Translations under genes and position numbers: made by a program
Shown here: positions 14,561 through 28,560 of the stretch, piece after piece
Layout of the letters: each line of letters starts with the position of its first letter
Position numbering within the stretch: position 1 is the stretch's first letter
The notes under the pieces: generated by a model
Database searches by the model: none
What the model was told of the DNA's origin: nothing
What the model saw: the letters and a program-made list of their open reading frames with translations, nothing else
Assembly (NCBI GenBank): GCA_000320545.1
Contig: ADNK01002608.1
Span: forward strand, 85,675 to 149,674
DNA from: Bigelowiella natans CCMP2755
Lineage: Eukaryota > Protista > Cercozoa
DNA length: 64,000 nucleotides
Reading direction: 5' to 3'

Positions 14561-15222
14561 CCACTTCCTCCTCGATCAGCAAGACCCCCATGATCAACGA
14601 GCTCTCCAGGGGAGGGAGGAAAAAAAGACAGAAAGCATGCTCATGTCGCAGTGGTTAAGTCCCCTCGGTTATTCACTTTGCGACAACACCTGTGGTGCAT
14701 TCTAACTCTATTTAAGGAGTCTCTCCGCATTTCCCGCCAAATATTTATTGACACAAAATAAATAATTACCCTTTGGAACATCCCTCCTTTACTCTGTAAG
14801 TGTGAGAGAGGGGCCTCAGTAAAGTGTGAAAAAATAACGTTTGTGCTCTATGGGACGAAGTGTTGCGGGATGTTTGGGGAATTTTAGTCATTCATGTTCT
14901 TGTCAGAGGTTATTTATCTGGTGCGATGTGCACTGTGAACTTTTAGCACACATCGTGTTCGAATAAATTGCTTATGGTTGATTCCATTAGATAGCAAGAT
15001 GGATATGCTCTCCACGGAGCTCAAAGTTAGGTATGCAGAGAGAAAGATGAAGGAAAGAAGAACATATTTTTGTTTGTTCTTTTGAGAAATGAGGATGGTA
15101 GGGTTGGCCGTGATGATGATAAGAATGGCGCTGTTTGGCACGATTTTCTTCTTTATGCTGATCTTCATCTTGAAGTTTTGAACATCATATTATTGTTTTT
15201 TGTTGGTGCTGGTGATGCATCA

Positions 15223-15603
15223 ATGTGGTGCTGTTCTTCTCTCTCAACTGCCATTCAATCGCGTATCGTTACGGGTAGGCGTGGGGCTTCGAATTATATC
15301 CCAAAGCAGCGAGTTACGATCGAACCTTTCAAGAGTAAGTTGCGGATAAGAGATGTGACGCACCACATGCTGTTATCCAACCATCAATTTGTGAATTCGC
15401 TCCGTAGAACCTGATGATGTATTCTACATGAGCAGTACAAGATTTGATCGGTATGTTCATAGGACGACCAGAACCGCCATCTGATTTTGAGCAGAAGGTA
15501 GAAGTAACTTCTAGCTTAAAGACAACCCGATCATGCGTGATGTTATACCCAATGATTGTGCCTACTCTTTCAGTCTGCTATACATATACGTGTACATATA
15601 TAA

Positions 15604-15650
<47 letters not shown>

Positions 15651-16905
15651 CCACTATTCTGCTCTTTCCCTTCCTACAACTGGCTACTCCCTCCTCCCTC
15701 CTCCTTACTTCCTCAATCTTAGGCTCTGGAAACTTTGACGGAAGCAGTGAACCGTATTCACCGGAAGGTTCCTATCGGATTTAGCAGAGAGGAGCTTTAC
15801 CGGGTAGTATTTGAGAATGACCACAAATGATGATGATGATGATGATGATGACGAAGAAGCTGATTATTCTCAGGATATTATGCAGTGGTCATTGAGATAA
15901 ACTTACACCTATTGTAGATGATGATTCTTCTTCGCTGTTATATATTCAGCTGGTCGAAAGTTTATGCATTCACGAGAAAGCATCGAAGCTTTATAGTTGT
16001 CTCCACGATCTCTGCAAACAATTTGTGCAGCAGCAAGTCAGGAGCCTCGGGGGGGAGAGTATCAATAAAGGTGCTGCTGCTGCTGCTGCTAGTAGTAGTG
16101 GTGTGTTAGTCAATAGCCTATAAAAATGACCTCCTTTTTTTTCATTCATGGCTATTCCTTACCTTGCAAGTTCTTGTGTTTTTGCCATCATCCAACATCT
16201 GTATATCGTTGTCGCAAACCACCTCTTTGCAAAGGTATTGGTGGAAAATTAGAAGTTGGAGCAGTTGCTGTTGCTGTAACACAACAGGATGAAAAGTATG
16301 GCTTCGCTAGTAAAAGACTACTACTTGTGCATTTCACCACCCCATCAGTGTGTATGTTTGCATCGAAATCATTAGTTATCCTCCCTCCTCTGAATTAATG
16401 ATCACTTTCAGAAAAAACAAATACACACATATATAACTATATGTTATCTATGTATATATCAGTGTGTATATGCAATTGATATCCTCCTCCTCCTCTAGGA
16501 TCTTGATGAAAGCAAGTTCGATTTGGCAGGACCATCGTAAGCAAATGAATGCTATCCGAAGGTAATATGGTAATGTTGCTTTTAGTAGTTTCTTTCCTTT
16601 CACGAATCCAACGCAACGTTATGGGTTATATATAAAAGGTGGAAGGTATCTGCTATGTATAACAGTGTGTATCGTTTGCTTCTAGTCAATAGTCAAATAT
16701 TGTTCTTTTTTTGTTATACTATGATTGATTATGATTCTATCTCTCTTCTTCTTTTAACCTTTCTCCTCGCGCTCTCTTCCTCTCCACCTTCTCATAATAT
16801 CATCAGCATTTTCCTGTATCTTGATCGGAGCTACGTCGTATCTCATCCGAGACTAACTTCCCTCAAGGGCATGGGCTTGTCCCTGCTTCGTACCACATTA
16901 ACGTA

Positions 16906-16941
<36 letters not shown>

Positions 16942-17121
16942 GTTGTTAACTCTAAACTAACGAATCCCAACGGAGGGAAGAAAAGATAGAAGAAAGACAG
17001 ACTTACATCTATACAATATAATAAGAAACAGCGACCTTAGCGATAATGAATCAAAAAATTAGAGCAGATAACAATCAATCCGAGGATTGATAATAGAATG
17101 AACACCTTTTACAATTTTGGT

Positions 17122-17155
<34 letters not shown>

Positions 17156-17385
17156 GAGGAGGAGGAGGAGGAGGAGAAGGAGTAAACGCATAGAACCACG
17201 TATTTTCAACTAGTTGTAGGAGAAGGCAACTGCTCATCGATAGACATCTCACCATAATTATTACCACACACATACATACAATCCCCCAGTATACCACCAA
17301 CCACTATCATATCATTAAGCATTGTGGTTGTCTTCTGACACAGATTGGTGAGTCCAGTTACTGCCTCCTCATATACTACCACTAT

Positions 17386-17419
<34 letters not shown>

Positions 17420-18996
17420 GGCTTATCATTTCAGTTCTCAACATCCACAATTACTACTACTACTGGTTTATTATTTCAGTTCTCAACATCCAGAAGTTTT
17501 GAGGGATATTGTAAGAGCTGTACTCTCTTACATAAAGAGAGATAGATCAAGGAAAGATAAGGTAGTAGTAGTAGTGGTAGTAGTAGTAGTAGTTGTTGCG
17601 CATGATTATGATGCTGTATTATTATGTATGATTTAGCGAATTATGATGATGATGATATTGATGATAACAACATATATCATAGGTAACAGCTGATACAGTC
17701 TTACTAAAATCTGTTCTGGATATGCTTTCGCATTTGGAAATATACGTCCAAGAATTTGAGGGTAGCAGTAGTAGTAGTAGTAGTAATAGTTATAGTAGTA
17801 GTTGTAGTTGTACAAGCATATTATCATTCTTACACACCTATTTGCCATTGGATAATGCATAATATGAAAGGGAAGTCCCATCATTATGTGTTGTGTTGTC
17901 ATCATGTGTTGTTCTGCATTCATTTTACTTTAAATTGACAATAGCAACAGTTAGCGATTTGCAAATTGCTATTATCATACTTCACAATTGAAGGCGAACC
18001 AAATAGTTTAATTGAGATCGACATATAGAAAAGAGGAGTAGAGAGAGTGGGGTTGCGGGGAGAGGGAGGGAGGGAGAGAGAGAGAGAGAGAGAGAGACGC
18101 ATACTTGCCTCACTAGCAAGGGTTATTGGAGGAGAAAGATTAAAAACATAACGTAGCATCACAAGTAGCAGTATCAGGAATTATACTAAATCTTAATAGA
18201 AAGAAGATATTTGGTGTGTGTGCGTGTGTGCGTGTGTGCGTGTGTGCATTGGTTGAAGAGGACATCATGAAACATTTATTTCTCTCTAAGGGATTGGAAC
18301 GTGTAGATCATCAGCTTCACCACTATTCACCATCATCATTGTCGTTGAGAACCCTCTTTGTTAAATTATATAAGGAGTATTCTTGAAAGCTACAAAGGAG
18401 TTTTATGCATACGAGGGTCAAAGGTTTGCAATGGTGAAGGGGGTGCCTGCTTATATGAAACACATATCGGAAAGATTGATCGAGGAAAACAAAAGGGTAT
18501 GTATCATTCAAGTATGTATTGTTAAATTCTTTTCGAAAAATACCGGCGGGGGGGGGGGGCATAAAACAACCACCCTGTGCGGTGGTCGCATCATTTATTC
18601 AGTTGGATTGGGTTTCTTTCTATCTGCTGATTTCTCCTCCTCCTCTTGCTACTTGCCCGATCGAATAATAATAACGACTGACTATATAAATACGTGCTAT
18701 AGGTTGAAGATTATTTAGCAGAGAGCACCAGGAAACCGCTGCTCAAAGCATTAGAAGAGGTAGGAATGCTAAAATATTAGTAGTAACAAGCGACGACTTT
18801 GGATATCCTGCCGTCCTCGTCGTGGCCACTATCTTGTATGATGTAACTTGCATGAGTATCTCCACAATAACAACAACAACTGAATAATCTGATACCACAG
18901 TCAGTGCACAAACAGAAGTGTTTTGTTATAATATGCTGATGGTCATTTAGTAGTAGTACATGTTTTGTTATAAAATGCTGATGGTCGTGTAGTAGC

Positions 18997-19034
<38 letters not shown>

Positions 19035-19325
19035 GAGTACATAAAACAACAAGAAGAAGAGGAGTACATAAAACAACAAGAAGAAGAAGGAGAAGAAGAA
19101 GACTGCTACGTTATTTGTTGACGTTAAAACCAGAAGAAGAAGATGATGAAGAAATAGAGTAGGAATTCACTTTGTTTAGTAATCTTCCGTGTTTCATTTA
19201 TCTTTACTTCATGACTGTAGGCACTAATTGCTAGCCATGTAGATACAATCGTCAGGTAAAGAATACATTATATAAAGATGATGATGTTGATGATAATGAT
19301 GATGATGAGATTTTCATGGTACGCA

Positions 19326-19356
<31 letters not shown>

Positions 19357-19614
19357 TCTCTCTCTCTCATGTATGAGCATAGCTTATCTCCGTCTATATT
19401 GGCAAGCAGATGTATTGAAAAATTGTGAATAAAATTGTTAAATTGTGGTTGGAAAACTAGGAGAGGAGTTGATGAATTAGTGGAGAAGTACGCGACAGAG
19501 GATCTAGCGAGAATGTATCATCTTCTTTCTCGTGTGGTACTACTACTACTAGTAGTAGTAGTAGTAGTAGTAGGAGTAAAAGTAGCGAGAATGTATCATC
19601 TTCTTTCTCGTGTG

Positions 19615-19646
<32 letters not shown>

Positions 19647-19701
19647 TTGTCCACCCCAACTCAATAATAATTATTATTATTATAATAATAATAGCTTAAA
19701 A

Positions 19702-19734
<33 letters not shown>

Positions 19735-19894
19735 TATGACCTTGTTGCTGTAGTGCTTAATAATATTACGAATAATACGAATAATACTGATGATGATAAT
19801 GGTGATACTACTGCTACTACTACTATTACTACTACTACTACTGCAGGATGCATTGGCATCTCTAAAGAAGTACTTCCTAGATCATCTCAAAGTC

Positions 19895-19928
<34 letters not shown>

Positions 19929-20940
19929 GTGTGCGCATGTTTCTTCATAATAATGTACCTATGAATGGGGAACAACATCAACAAAGTCAGCAACCAGAGG
20001 TTCTCCTTACTTATCCATTGGTCAACAACGACACCAGCCGTATCTACTTGTATAAATCCTTAGATTTTTAATGCGAACAACTCCTACCATGATGACGATG
20101 ATTATTATTATTCTTCTATGATTGATTGGATCTTCATTATTATTAGGTTGCTGGAAGAAATCTTGTGATGATGGGTGATGAGTCTCAAGTACTAAAGGAT
20201 AAACAGCCAGGAGAAAGACTTAATCCCCACGAAATCAAACTCCTAGAACAGGAAGAAAAGAAAGTAGTAGTAGTAGTAGCGAGTAGGTTTCACAACAATC
20301 GAAGGGAGGGGGGTGATGATGATGATGAGGATAATAATAATAATAATAATAATGATGATGATGATGAGAATGTAACGATGCTTGCTTCTGGTGTCGCAAT
20401 GCCACATGATGTAAATCATCAATCATATCACTCTTCCTGGGAAATTAGAATACCTTTTTATTCTATGAGAAGGGATTGTTGTTGAAATAGGAGGCGGGGG
20501 AGGAAGAATGCAATAATGACAATTTATCACTAACTGCTCACATCATCATCACCATCATCATCATTATTTTCATCATCACCACCATCAGAAAACAGGTACT
20601 ACCTACTTAGTACCTAACATCCCTCCTCTTTCCTTCTTTCCTTCTTTCCTTCTTTCCTTCCTTCCTTCCTTCCTTCCTTCCTTCCTAGGTGATTCCTGAA
20701 TTGCTAATGTATAAGAAGCGATTGGATAAACTAGTGCACGATGCTTTTGAAAATGACCAGAACTTCACGTATGCACTGAAACAAGGGTAAAGAATACACT
20801 AGTAGTAGTAGTAGTAGTAGTAGTAGTAGAACCAGCCGGAGATATCAACAAGAGGAGGAGGAAGAGGAAAGGAGGAGAAGGAGGAGGAGGGGGAGGGTGC
20901 TCCTTCGTTGCTACTGCACACACACAGCCACACACCCCAC

Positions 20941-20978
<38 letters not shown>

Positions 20979-21485
20979 TTGTTACATCTTCTTGCTTCGT
21001 TCTCAACTTCCTAGTCGTTTCTATATTATAAGACATTATCATCATCATCATCATTATTTTGGTTTGCCTTGTTTACCTGCCTGGCAGCACCCTAATCCAT
21101 TATTATTGTTCTTGGTGCTTGAATCAATAAAACCCCAGTTTTGAATATTTCGTTGGAGGTGCAGATTACCGAGTAGCTGAGCTACTCTCAAGACATGTTG
21201 ATGCACTGTTGAGAGGAGCTAAGGCAAGAACTCTCACCACGGAACCTCAAGTCAATGAGATATTCAATCCACTCCTTACGCTATTTGGATTTGTGCAATC
21301 CAAGGATGTCTTCAAAGGGTATTCATTATTATTAGTAGTAATAGTGGCAGTAGTAATAGTAATAGTAGTAGTAGTAGTTGTAGTAGTAGTAGTTGCTGTT
21401 GTTGTTGTAGTAGTGAAGAGAAGTGCAAAGCAACGACGTACGAATTCACTGTTATTTCTCATTATCATCAGATCATCATCATCAG

Positions 21486-21518
<33 letters not shown>

Positions 21519-22047
21519 TACTGTGCTACTGTGAATCATACAACCACCATAAAATTATATCACCTTAATACCATATGAGAAAATCTCCCTCGAGACTATT
21601 TAATGTGTTTCTCTTTCCCTTCTCTCTCACGTCGTTATACTCTTACGTGGTAAAACTGCTAAATTAATATTCATTAACATTACACGTTAGATTTTATCAA
21701 AAGGAGTTAGCGACCCGGTTACTAACAGGGAAATCAGCTTCAAGGAACGTGGAGAAGGCATGAATGAAATATGATGATGTTGGTGTTGTTGTTGATAACA
21801 ATAGTACTGATATTGATAATACATACATCATTACTACGTTGATATGATTTTGCTACTATAATGTGATCTTCATTTCATTAAATAAGGAGAAGGGCAGTGT
21901 TCCATCATCAACCGATTATGATATCATTGCATTGTTGTAGATAATGCTGCAAAAATTGAGGGCTTTGTGCGGTGCCGCTTTTACGAAACATATGGAGTCT
22001 ATGTTTGGGTCGGTTAACAACAACAATATATAACCATTTATATCTTA

Positions 22048-22080
<33 letters not shown>

Positions 22081-23669
22081 AATGAGGATGACGACAATAC
22101 GGTCTGTAGTGGTAGTAGTAGTAGTAGTAGTAGTAGTACCAGGATTACTAGTTTATTCGTTTTCTTAAATAGGATTAATCACCTCTATATACTGCTGCTG
22201 CTACTACAACCAATCCCTTCTACTTACTTACTTACTACCAACTACTACAACTGCTATTACTACTGCTGCTGCTACTACTACTACTACTACTACTAGTGAT
22301 ATATCGCTGTCTGAGGACCTAGCACGGGAGTTTCATCGGAGTGGAAGTAGTAGTAGTGTCGCCCATCAAAGTGGAACACAGTTGTCGAGTAATAAAGATC
22401 AGGATAATGATGATAATGATGATGATGACGATGATGATGATGGTGATGGGAAGCAGAGGGAAATGAAAAAAACATCGTCGTTGCAATTATATCTTTATTT
22501 TGTTGTTAACTAGTAACATTTATTATTTCTATCATGATAGCTTTCATTATAATATCGATTGTCATTAGATTCACAATTAATGTATTACTTTATTGTTTTT
22601 GTTGTTGCTATTATCCTACATGTTGGTCTTTCCACGTCGTCATCGTCGTCCTTCTCCCTCCCTCCCCCTTTATTCATTCCTCTTGGTTTTTCTTCTTTTT
22701 CTTCTTCTTCTTCATCTTTCCTCGTTCTTCTGTAGTTGATTTCAGTGTTCGAGTGCTGACAGAAGGATCATGGCCAAAAAGCGATGATAACGGCAGCATG
22801 CAATCCATTTCACTAAATTTACCACAGGAAATCAAAGACTCACAAGCATCTTTTGAGGCCTTCTATGCCAAACGCCACAAAAACAGAAAATTAGTGTAAT
22901 AGTACTTAAATGAATTTATGAACATGAATATGAATATACTATAATTACTCGCTAATGTCTTCTTCTGACACCATAAAATAATATGTCACTTCTTTTTCTT
23001 CTTCTTCTACTTCTTCTTCTTCTTTCTTTTCATCACCATACATATACTACTATCATCCACGGATATTGGTTGCTTACACAGGTGGCAGTACCCACGATGT
23101 GAAGCGCTAATAACCGCAGAATTTCCCATATGTGGCAAGAAGGAACTCAAAGTAGTAGTAGAACTAGTAGTAGTAGTAGTAGTAGTACTAGTAGGCAATT
23201 TTTATATGTTCTTTATCATCATTATTATGTTTTACTACTATCCTATCTATCTCGCCCTTGTATTTAGTTGTTGTTGTAACTGTCATCGGTCGTCGTAGTA
23301 GTACCATTTGTAGCAGCAGCAGCAGCAGCAGCATATGATCCATTTAATATATATATAATATCTACTATTGTGATGATGATGATGATGATGATGGGGGATT
23401 GTTGTTGTTGTTGAATGTGTGTATTTGTTGTATATGGTAGTAGTGTAGTAGTAGTAGTAGTAGTAGTAGTAGTATAGTAGTAGTTATTGTTTGTACATGA
23501 TTGATTTCTTTAAGAAATACTGTGACACGTTCCCCCTTCATATCAACGAACAAGATTTAACAGATGATAATGATGATGATGATGATGATGATGACGATGC
23601 AGAAATACTAGTAATAGTGGTGGTTGTTGTGCTATACTTCGCGCCTTCATTGCTAATATTTTCCTCATA

Positions 23670-23711
<42 letters not shown>

Positions 23712-24463
23712 TTGCAGGTAAATGCTTTCCAGGCTGTTGTATTAGCACAAATGTCTAACAAAACAGAAGCGATGAACTTTGCTGCTCTATCATCTGCCAC
23801 AGGTACTGGATATGTCGGTATTGATAGTAGTCCTGTATCCTTCATTATTCCTTTTAATGATCGATTCGTTTACTCACCAGGAAGTAGTAGTAAACTAAGT
23901 ATTGGTTGCTTATATGAACGACAATTCTTCCTCTTCATCTTATGATGATGATAATGATGATGATGATTTTTACATGATGATGATGCCTAAAAGGGTTAGA
24001 TAGTAAAAACCTCCAAGAATCATTGTATAGTCTCTTGGACTCAAAAATCATCTTGAAGGTGAGTAGTAAGTAGTAGTCAAAGATTATGATGACTATGCTG
24101 ATGATGATGATCAATGAAATTATTATTGAAACGAATAACATGCTGTCAGTCGTTAAATAGCTCTTTTTCATTCAATACCATTATACAAATGTGAGAGTAG
24201 TTTGCGTAGTACCTGAGGGAGAGGAGGAGGAAAAGGAGGAGGAGGAAGTATATGAGGAACTGCACTAGTATTAGCAACAATAGCAAACAATAGTAGCATC
24301 AGAGAAATGTTGTTACTGATATCCCCATCATTATAAGATATATTATTATTACATATTGTGTTGTGTTTGTGTGTCATCAGGCTGGTAGTCATCATCGTAA
24401 GATTCTTCCAACAGATACATTCGTTGCGAATGGGTACTACTTATTCTAGTATTTGTGCTAGTC

Positions 24464-24494
<31 letters not shown>

Positions 24495-24560
24495 ACGGCA
24501 GCAGCAGCAGCACTGTAGTAGTGGTAGCAGTAGTCGTAGTAAATATGATCATCACTAGTC

Positions 24561-24635
<75 letters not shown>

Positions 24636-25999
24636 TATCTGGTACGCACGTACGATGATAATCCTCTAAATCATCGTCATCAATGTATGATCCTTCTTCT
24701 TCCTCTAAGCGGCTTCAAAACACATCTTCGTGTGCTGAAGGTTGTACATCATTATCATCATGATCATCATCATCATGTTGTTGATTGGAGCTAGTAGTAG
24801 GGGTGCTGTTGTATCTCTAAATGATGATCATGATGATGATGATAATGAGACTAAGCAGCAGCAGCAGTAATAGTGGGTTTATCATCGAGTACACAGTAAG
24901 TATAAATTATGAAGTGTTACTGGTGGATGATGGTAATGATTATGATTCTTTGATGATACTATTAAATCAAGTACATTGTTATACAATCAAAATAAAATCA
25001 TTCATTCGTTTGTTCCAAGCTGAATCGCGAGCGACCGAAGATTAGGAGAAGAATGGAACGAAAACAAGTTCAAGAACAGGTGATTAGTGTGTTATGTATG
25101 CTGCTGTGACATTAGTGCAGCTGCTACTATTAATTATCAAATTACAGAGTGAGTAGTAGGCAGTGAGTAGTGAGTTTGTTTGTTATCATTAAGCTCGATG
25201 AGAACTTTGTTGGTTGTAATAACAAACAACAAATAAGGTATTGGCGGATAGAGGCTCCGTCCTGGATGCTACTATTGTACGAATCATGAAAACCATGAAA
25301 ACAATGGCACATAAGGTTGATGATGTTGCTTTTTTGCCCTAGGATCCTTGGATATTTTATTTCCCTCCTCATCGTCAATATCATCATCTTCTTCTTCATC
25401 GCTGACCGATGTGTTTTTAAAAAATGTAAATCATTTGTGGAGTGCATTTTGCGATTAGCGTACGTTTGACTTATTTTCTGCTTGTTTGGCGTTCCAACAT
25501 CATCATTATCATTAGGACCTTATGGCTGATGTTGTGAAACTAATCAAGTTTACGTGCACGGTTGGTTGTTATCACTATTATCAAAAAGTATGCGTTTATA
25601 ATAGTATGAGTGGAACGTTGCTGTGCTGTGATAAGACCCATTAAACCCTAATAAATAAAAAGTGCTGCCATGGCGAAAGAATCATAACCAAAAAAGTGGA
25701 ATATTAGATCACCTATTCAGTTGAGAAAAACGACGACAACGACGACGACGACGACGAATCCATTACCATTGAAATGTTTGATTGATTTTAAAATCAATTT
25801 GGACTATTAATAAGAGCATATTTATTCTTATTGCTATATTAGTTACTGATTTCATTCTAAGGTTATGGTAACGATGATAATCACTAATTACCATGATAAT
25901 CAGGCGCAAGATATAAAGAAGCAAATTGATGCTTTACTTCGCAGAGAGTACATAGAAAGAGATGAAAATAATCCAGAGATATACAATTACAAAGCCTAG
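15223..25999 (+). CDS. CUL4: Cullin-4-like scaffold of a CRL4 E3 ligase, multi-exon; 5' start uncertain (could be 14999)
   Basis: Exons: RVTIEPFK|RRPEPPSDFEQK|ALETLTEAV...REELYR, IFLYLDRSYV, FLKATKEFYAYEG, AELLSRHVDALLRG, SKDVFK, FYQKELATRLL, LCGAAFT, VRVLTEGSWP, FEAFYAKRHKNRKL|W, DATIVRIMKTMK, REYIERDENNPEIYNYKA* (TAG 25997-25999). Confidence 0.9.
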
Positions 26000-26049
26000 A
26001 TGTTTTTGATTGGGGTAAAACATTGACACGGAAAAAAGATAATCACGGA

Positions 26050-27078
26050 CGAATTTGTAAGTAAGAAAAATAAGAAGCCATATTTCGCTCAGCGCGGGTT
26101 GGATGAATGAAAACTATGCTATCGACCAAGGTGTTTAGATGTACATCCAACTCTAGAAAGGTTTGTTTGCACGCATGCGACTCGAACAGATATGTAGAAA
26201 TTGCAGTTTGAATGTCGAGATAGATTAATCACTATCTAGCTATGCCATGCCGCCCATAAAGTACATGTACACCGCAGCTAAATTTGCAGCGCACATCCAA
26301 GGATGAACGGTGCCGTAGGTGGTTGCAAACATGATGTACACAGTCTAGCAGTGTCCAAAACGCTGGTAGATGCTGTGCAGTCTACATCTGAACATCTCTA
26401 GATCTAGACATGCACATTTTTACACGTGAAACTGCCATGGTACTGTGAATCACCATGCACCTTCTAGCGTTCTAGCGTTGCCGCGCTCACATCATGAGAT
26501 GCAACTCGGCACTCTAGCACTGATGATGATCGGTCGACTTCATCGTTCGCACATGTACATCACATTCCATCAAGCAATCTGTTCAATTGTGTCTAGCGAG
26601 TAAGTGGCTACAGCGGTAACTGACATTGAATCTGTTGGTCTCCGCTACGATGTGTTTCATGCAGTCTAGCAGTGCGTCAACAAATGCATCTTGCTTCGCT
26701 AGCTTCGCTCATCTAGTCATGCACACGTGTGAGGAGGTGTTAGATTTCAGATGATTTCTGTTCACATGTGCACAAACACAAACACGCATGCGCACGGCTA
26801 GACGGCATGGCTAGATCTGAGATGGCAACAAGGCCATGTTTGTTGCGAAAGAGAAAGAATTGGGATGTCTTGCATGCATGTCATGTGAGCTAGTGTACAC
26901 GATGATCACTTCTCCAGTGCATCATTGATTCCAATGTGCGGGCGGCGTGCGGACATCGGATGTGATGTTTGCACCCATTATTTCTCCTCACATGTGTTAT
27001 CAGAGAATGATGGCGAGTGTTTGACATGCAACTTTCATTTTCATCCTCTCGTGTCCTAGTGTCCTCCATCTACACCGT

Positions 27079-27113
<35 letters not shown>

Positions 27114-27360
27114 CATGCATGCATGCATATACACATGCACATGTGTATGTATATATTATATGGTATGTATATACATACACACATCATGCATGCACACGCT
27201 GTGCCCGCATTCAAGCAGTGTAGCGTGTTGCGTTGCGTGTCAAACACGTAATGCCCATTGTCTGTTGCTGACAATGGACATAACATGCATGCTACACATT
27301 CTGCATGTAGCACATGGTGTGTTCACAGTCTACAGTGCTGGATCAAGTTAGACATTGCTG
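26050..27360. other. TG/CA-rich intergenic block with many CTAG sites (degenerate repeat)
   Basis: Repeated tctag/gctag, catg and tgca words, plus an alternating pyrimidine-purine tract at 27077-27200. Confidence 0.65.
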
Positions 27361-27399
27361 GTCAAGAGAATTAGACAGGCATTTTAGGTGCAATGCACA

Positions 27400-27902
27400 T
27401 TAATTTTCGGCTTCACTTCCGACAACTGATGGTTTTCTCTGAAATCGGAGTTGTTTCCACGTTTTCCCAAAATACTCAACGTTCCCTATAAATAAAATAA
27501 TACGTCAAAATTAGGATTAGAAATACACTGCTTGATGTAGTGCACAACCGCTCTTCCTGTCTTCATCAAAGAACATGCAAGTTCCTATGGAATCCAAGAA
27601 TTTCCCCTCATAGATCTTCCCGTCTAGAGAGAGGGACGGCCTCAACGAGTTCAGATTCTGAAAGTTTGAAAATTAGACATTATTCTCCTTTCTCTTCATC
27701 TCCAACCTTTCACCTCAATTTTCCGACCTATCTACGCTCTCGCATTCCTCTTTCTGTTCCAGTCATCATGCTTGACATAGTTGATTTTAACAACCTTTAT
27801 ACCCAATATTTTGCCGGGTTTAATTGTCAGTGCATCCAGGCAACAATCTAAATCAACTAAAACATAAGTCTCCTCATATTCAGAGTCCGAGGCTTCCTCC
27901 AT
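27400..27902 (-). CDS. TFIIIC subunit 6-like (TFIIIC_sub6 domain), 3 exons
   Basis: Exons 27902-27795, 27657-27549 and 27485-27400 splice in frame: MEEASDSEYEETYVLVDLD...|NLNSLRPSLSLDGKIYEGKFLDSIGTCMFFDE...|VEYFGKTWKQLRFQR. Confidence 0.72.
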
Positions 27903-28560
27903 CCTGAAGAGAAATTATTGTCAAAGGACATGCTGTAAGTCTTTCAAGAAAGAATTGTAATTTAGGAATGGCTAAAGGCATAAGCGTTTTCAGAACTTGG
28001 CACGGCAAACAACTTATTACGCTGGTGGGCAGGACTCTCGTGTGTTTGCCCCTTCCTTGTTTTTTGTGAGAAGCTCTCAACTTGTATTCGTGAGTGAGGA
28101 GATGGAGACAAAAGTGTAGGGGAGAAAATGTATCGCCAATCTATTATTCCGTGTCGCAGGTGCAAATTCGAGAACGAACGAACAACGAAAATAGAGTTAA
28201 AGATCCATCGGATGTTTCGTTTTCGAGAAGGGTTGATGAGGGTAATTATTATGTGTATTTGTGAAAGCCTTAGCTTCCTAAGATCAAAAATTGCGAGCGC
28301 GGTCCTCGTGGAGGTCCGGTCGCGGGTATTGGACATAGTTTTCAATTAGCACAGAAACCGATTCAGCAAAGCTTCATAATCTGGTTTATGCCTCCTGAGC
28401 AAGGACAAATATTGGAACAAGCGACTCATGTGGGACATTGAGATAGATCTCATTGCCATGAGACTTCCAGGCCTTTGAAATTTTTTCCAAATGTAAAATG
28501 GCTCATTTTGGTTGCAGCAGATGTGTTTTGGCCTGTAGTTTTCCTTTTCATCGATTTCAA

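Noticed and set aside
1349-25045. Numerous ORF-track entries with poly-Q/H/V/L/S/D runs
   Set aside because: Translations of intronic trinucleotide microsatellites; the real exons splice around them
27960-28560. Possible small gene between the TFIIIC subunit gene and the depleted block
   Set aside because: Normal composition and some protein-like frames, but no phase-consistent exon chain or motif could be established
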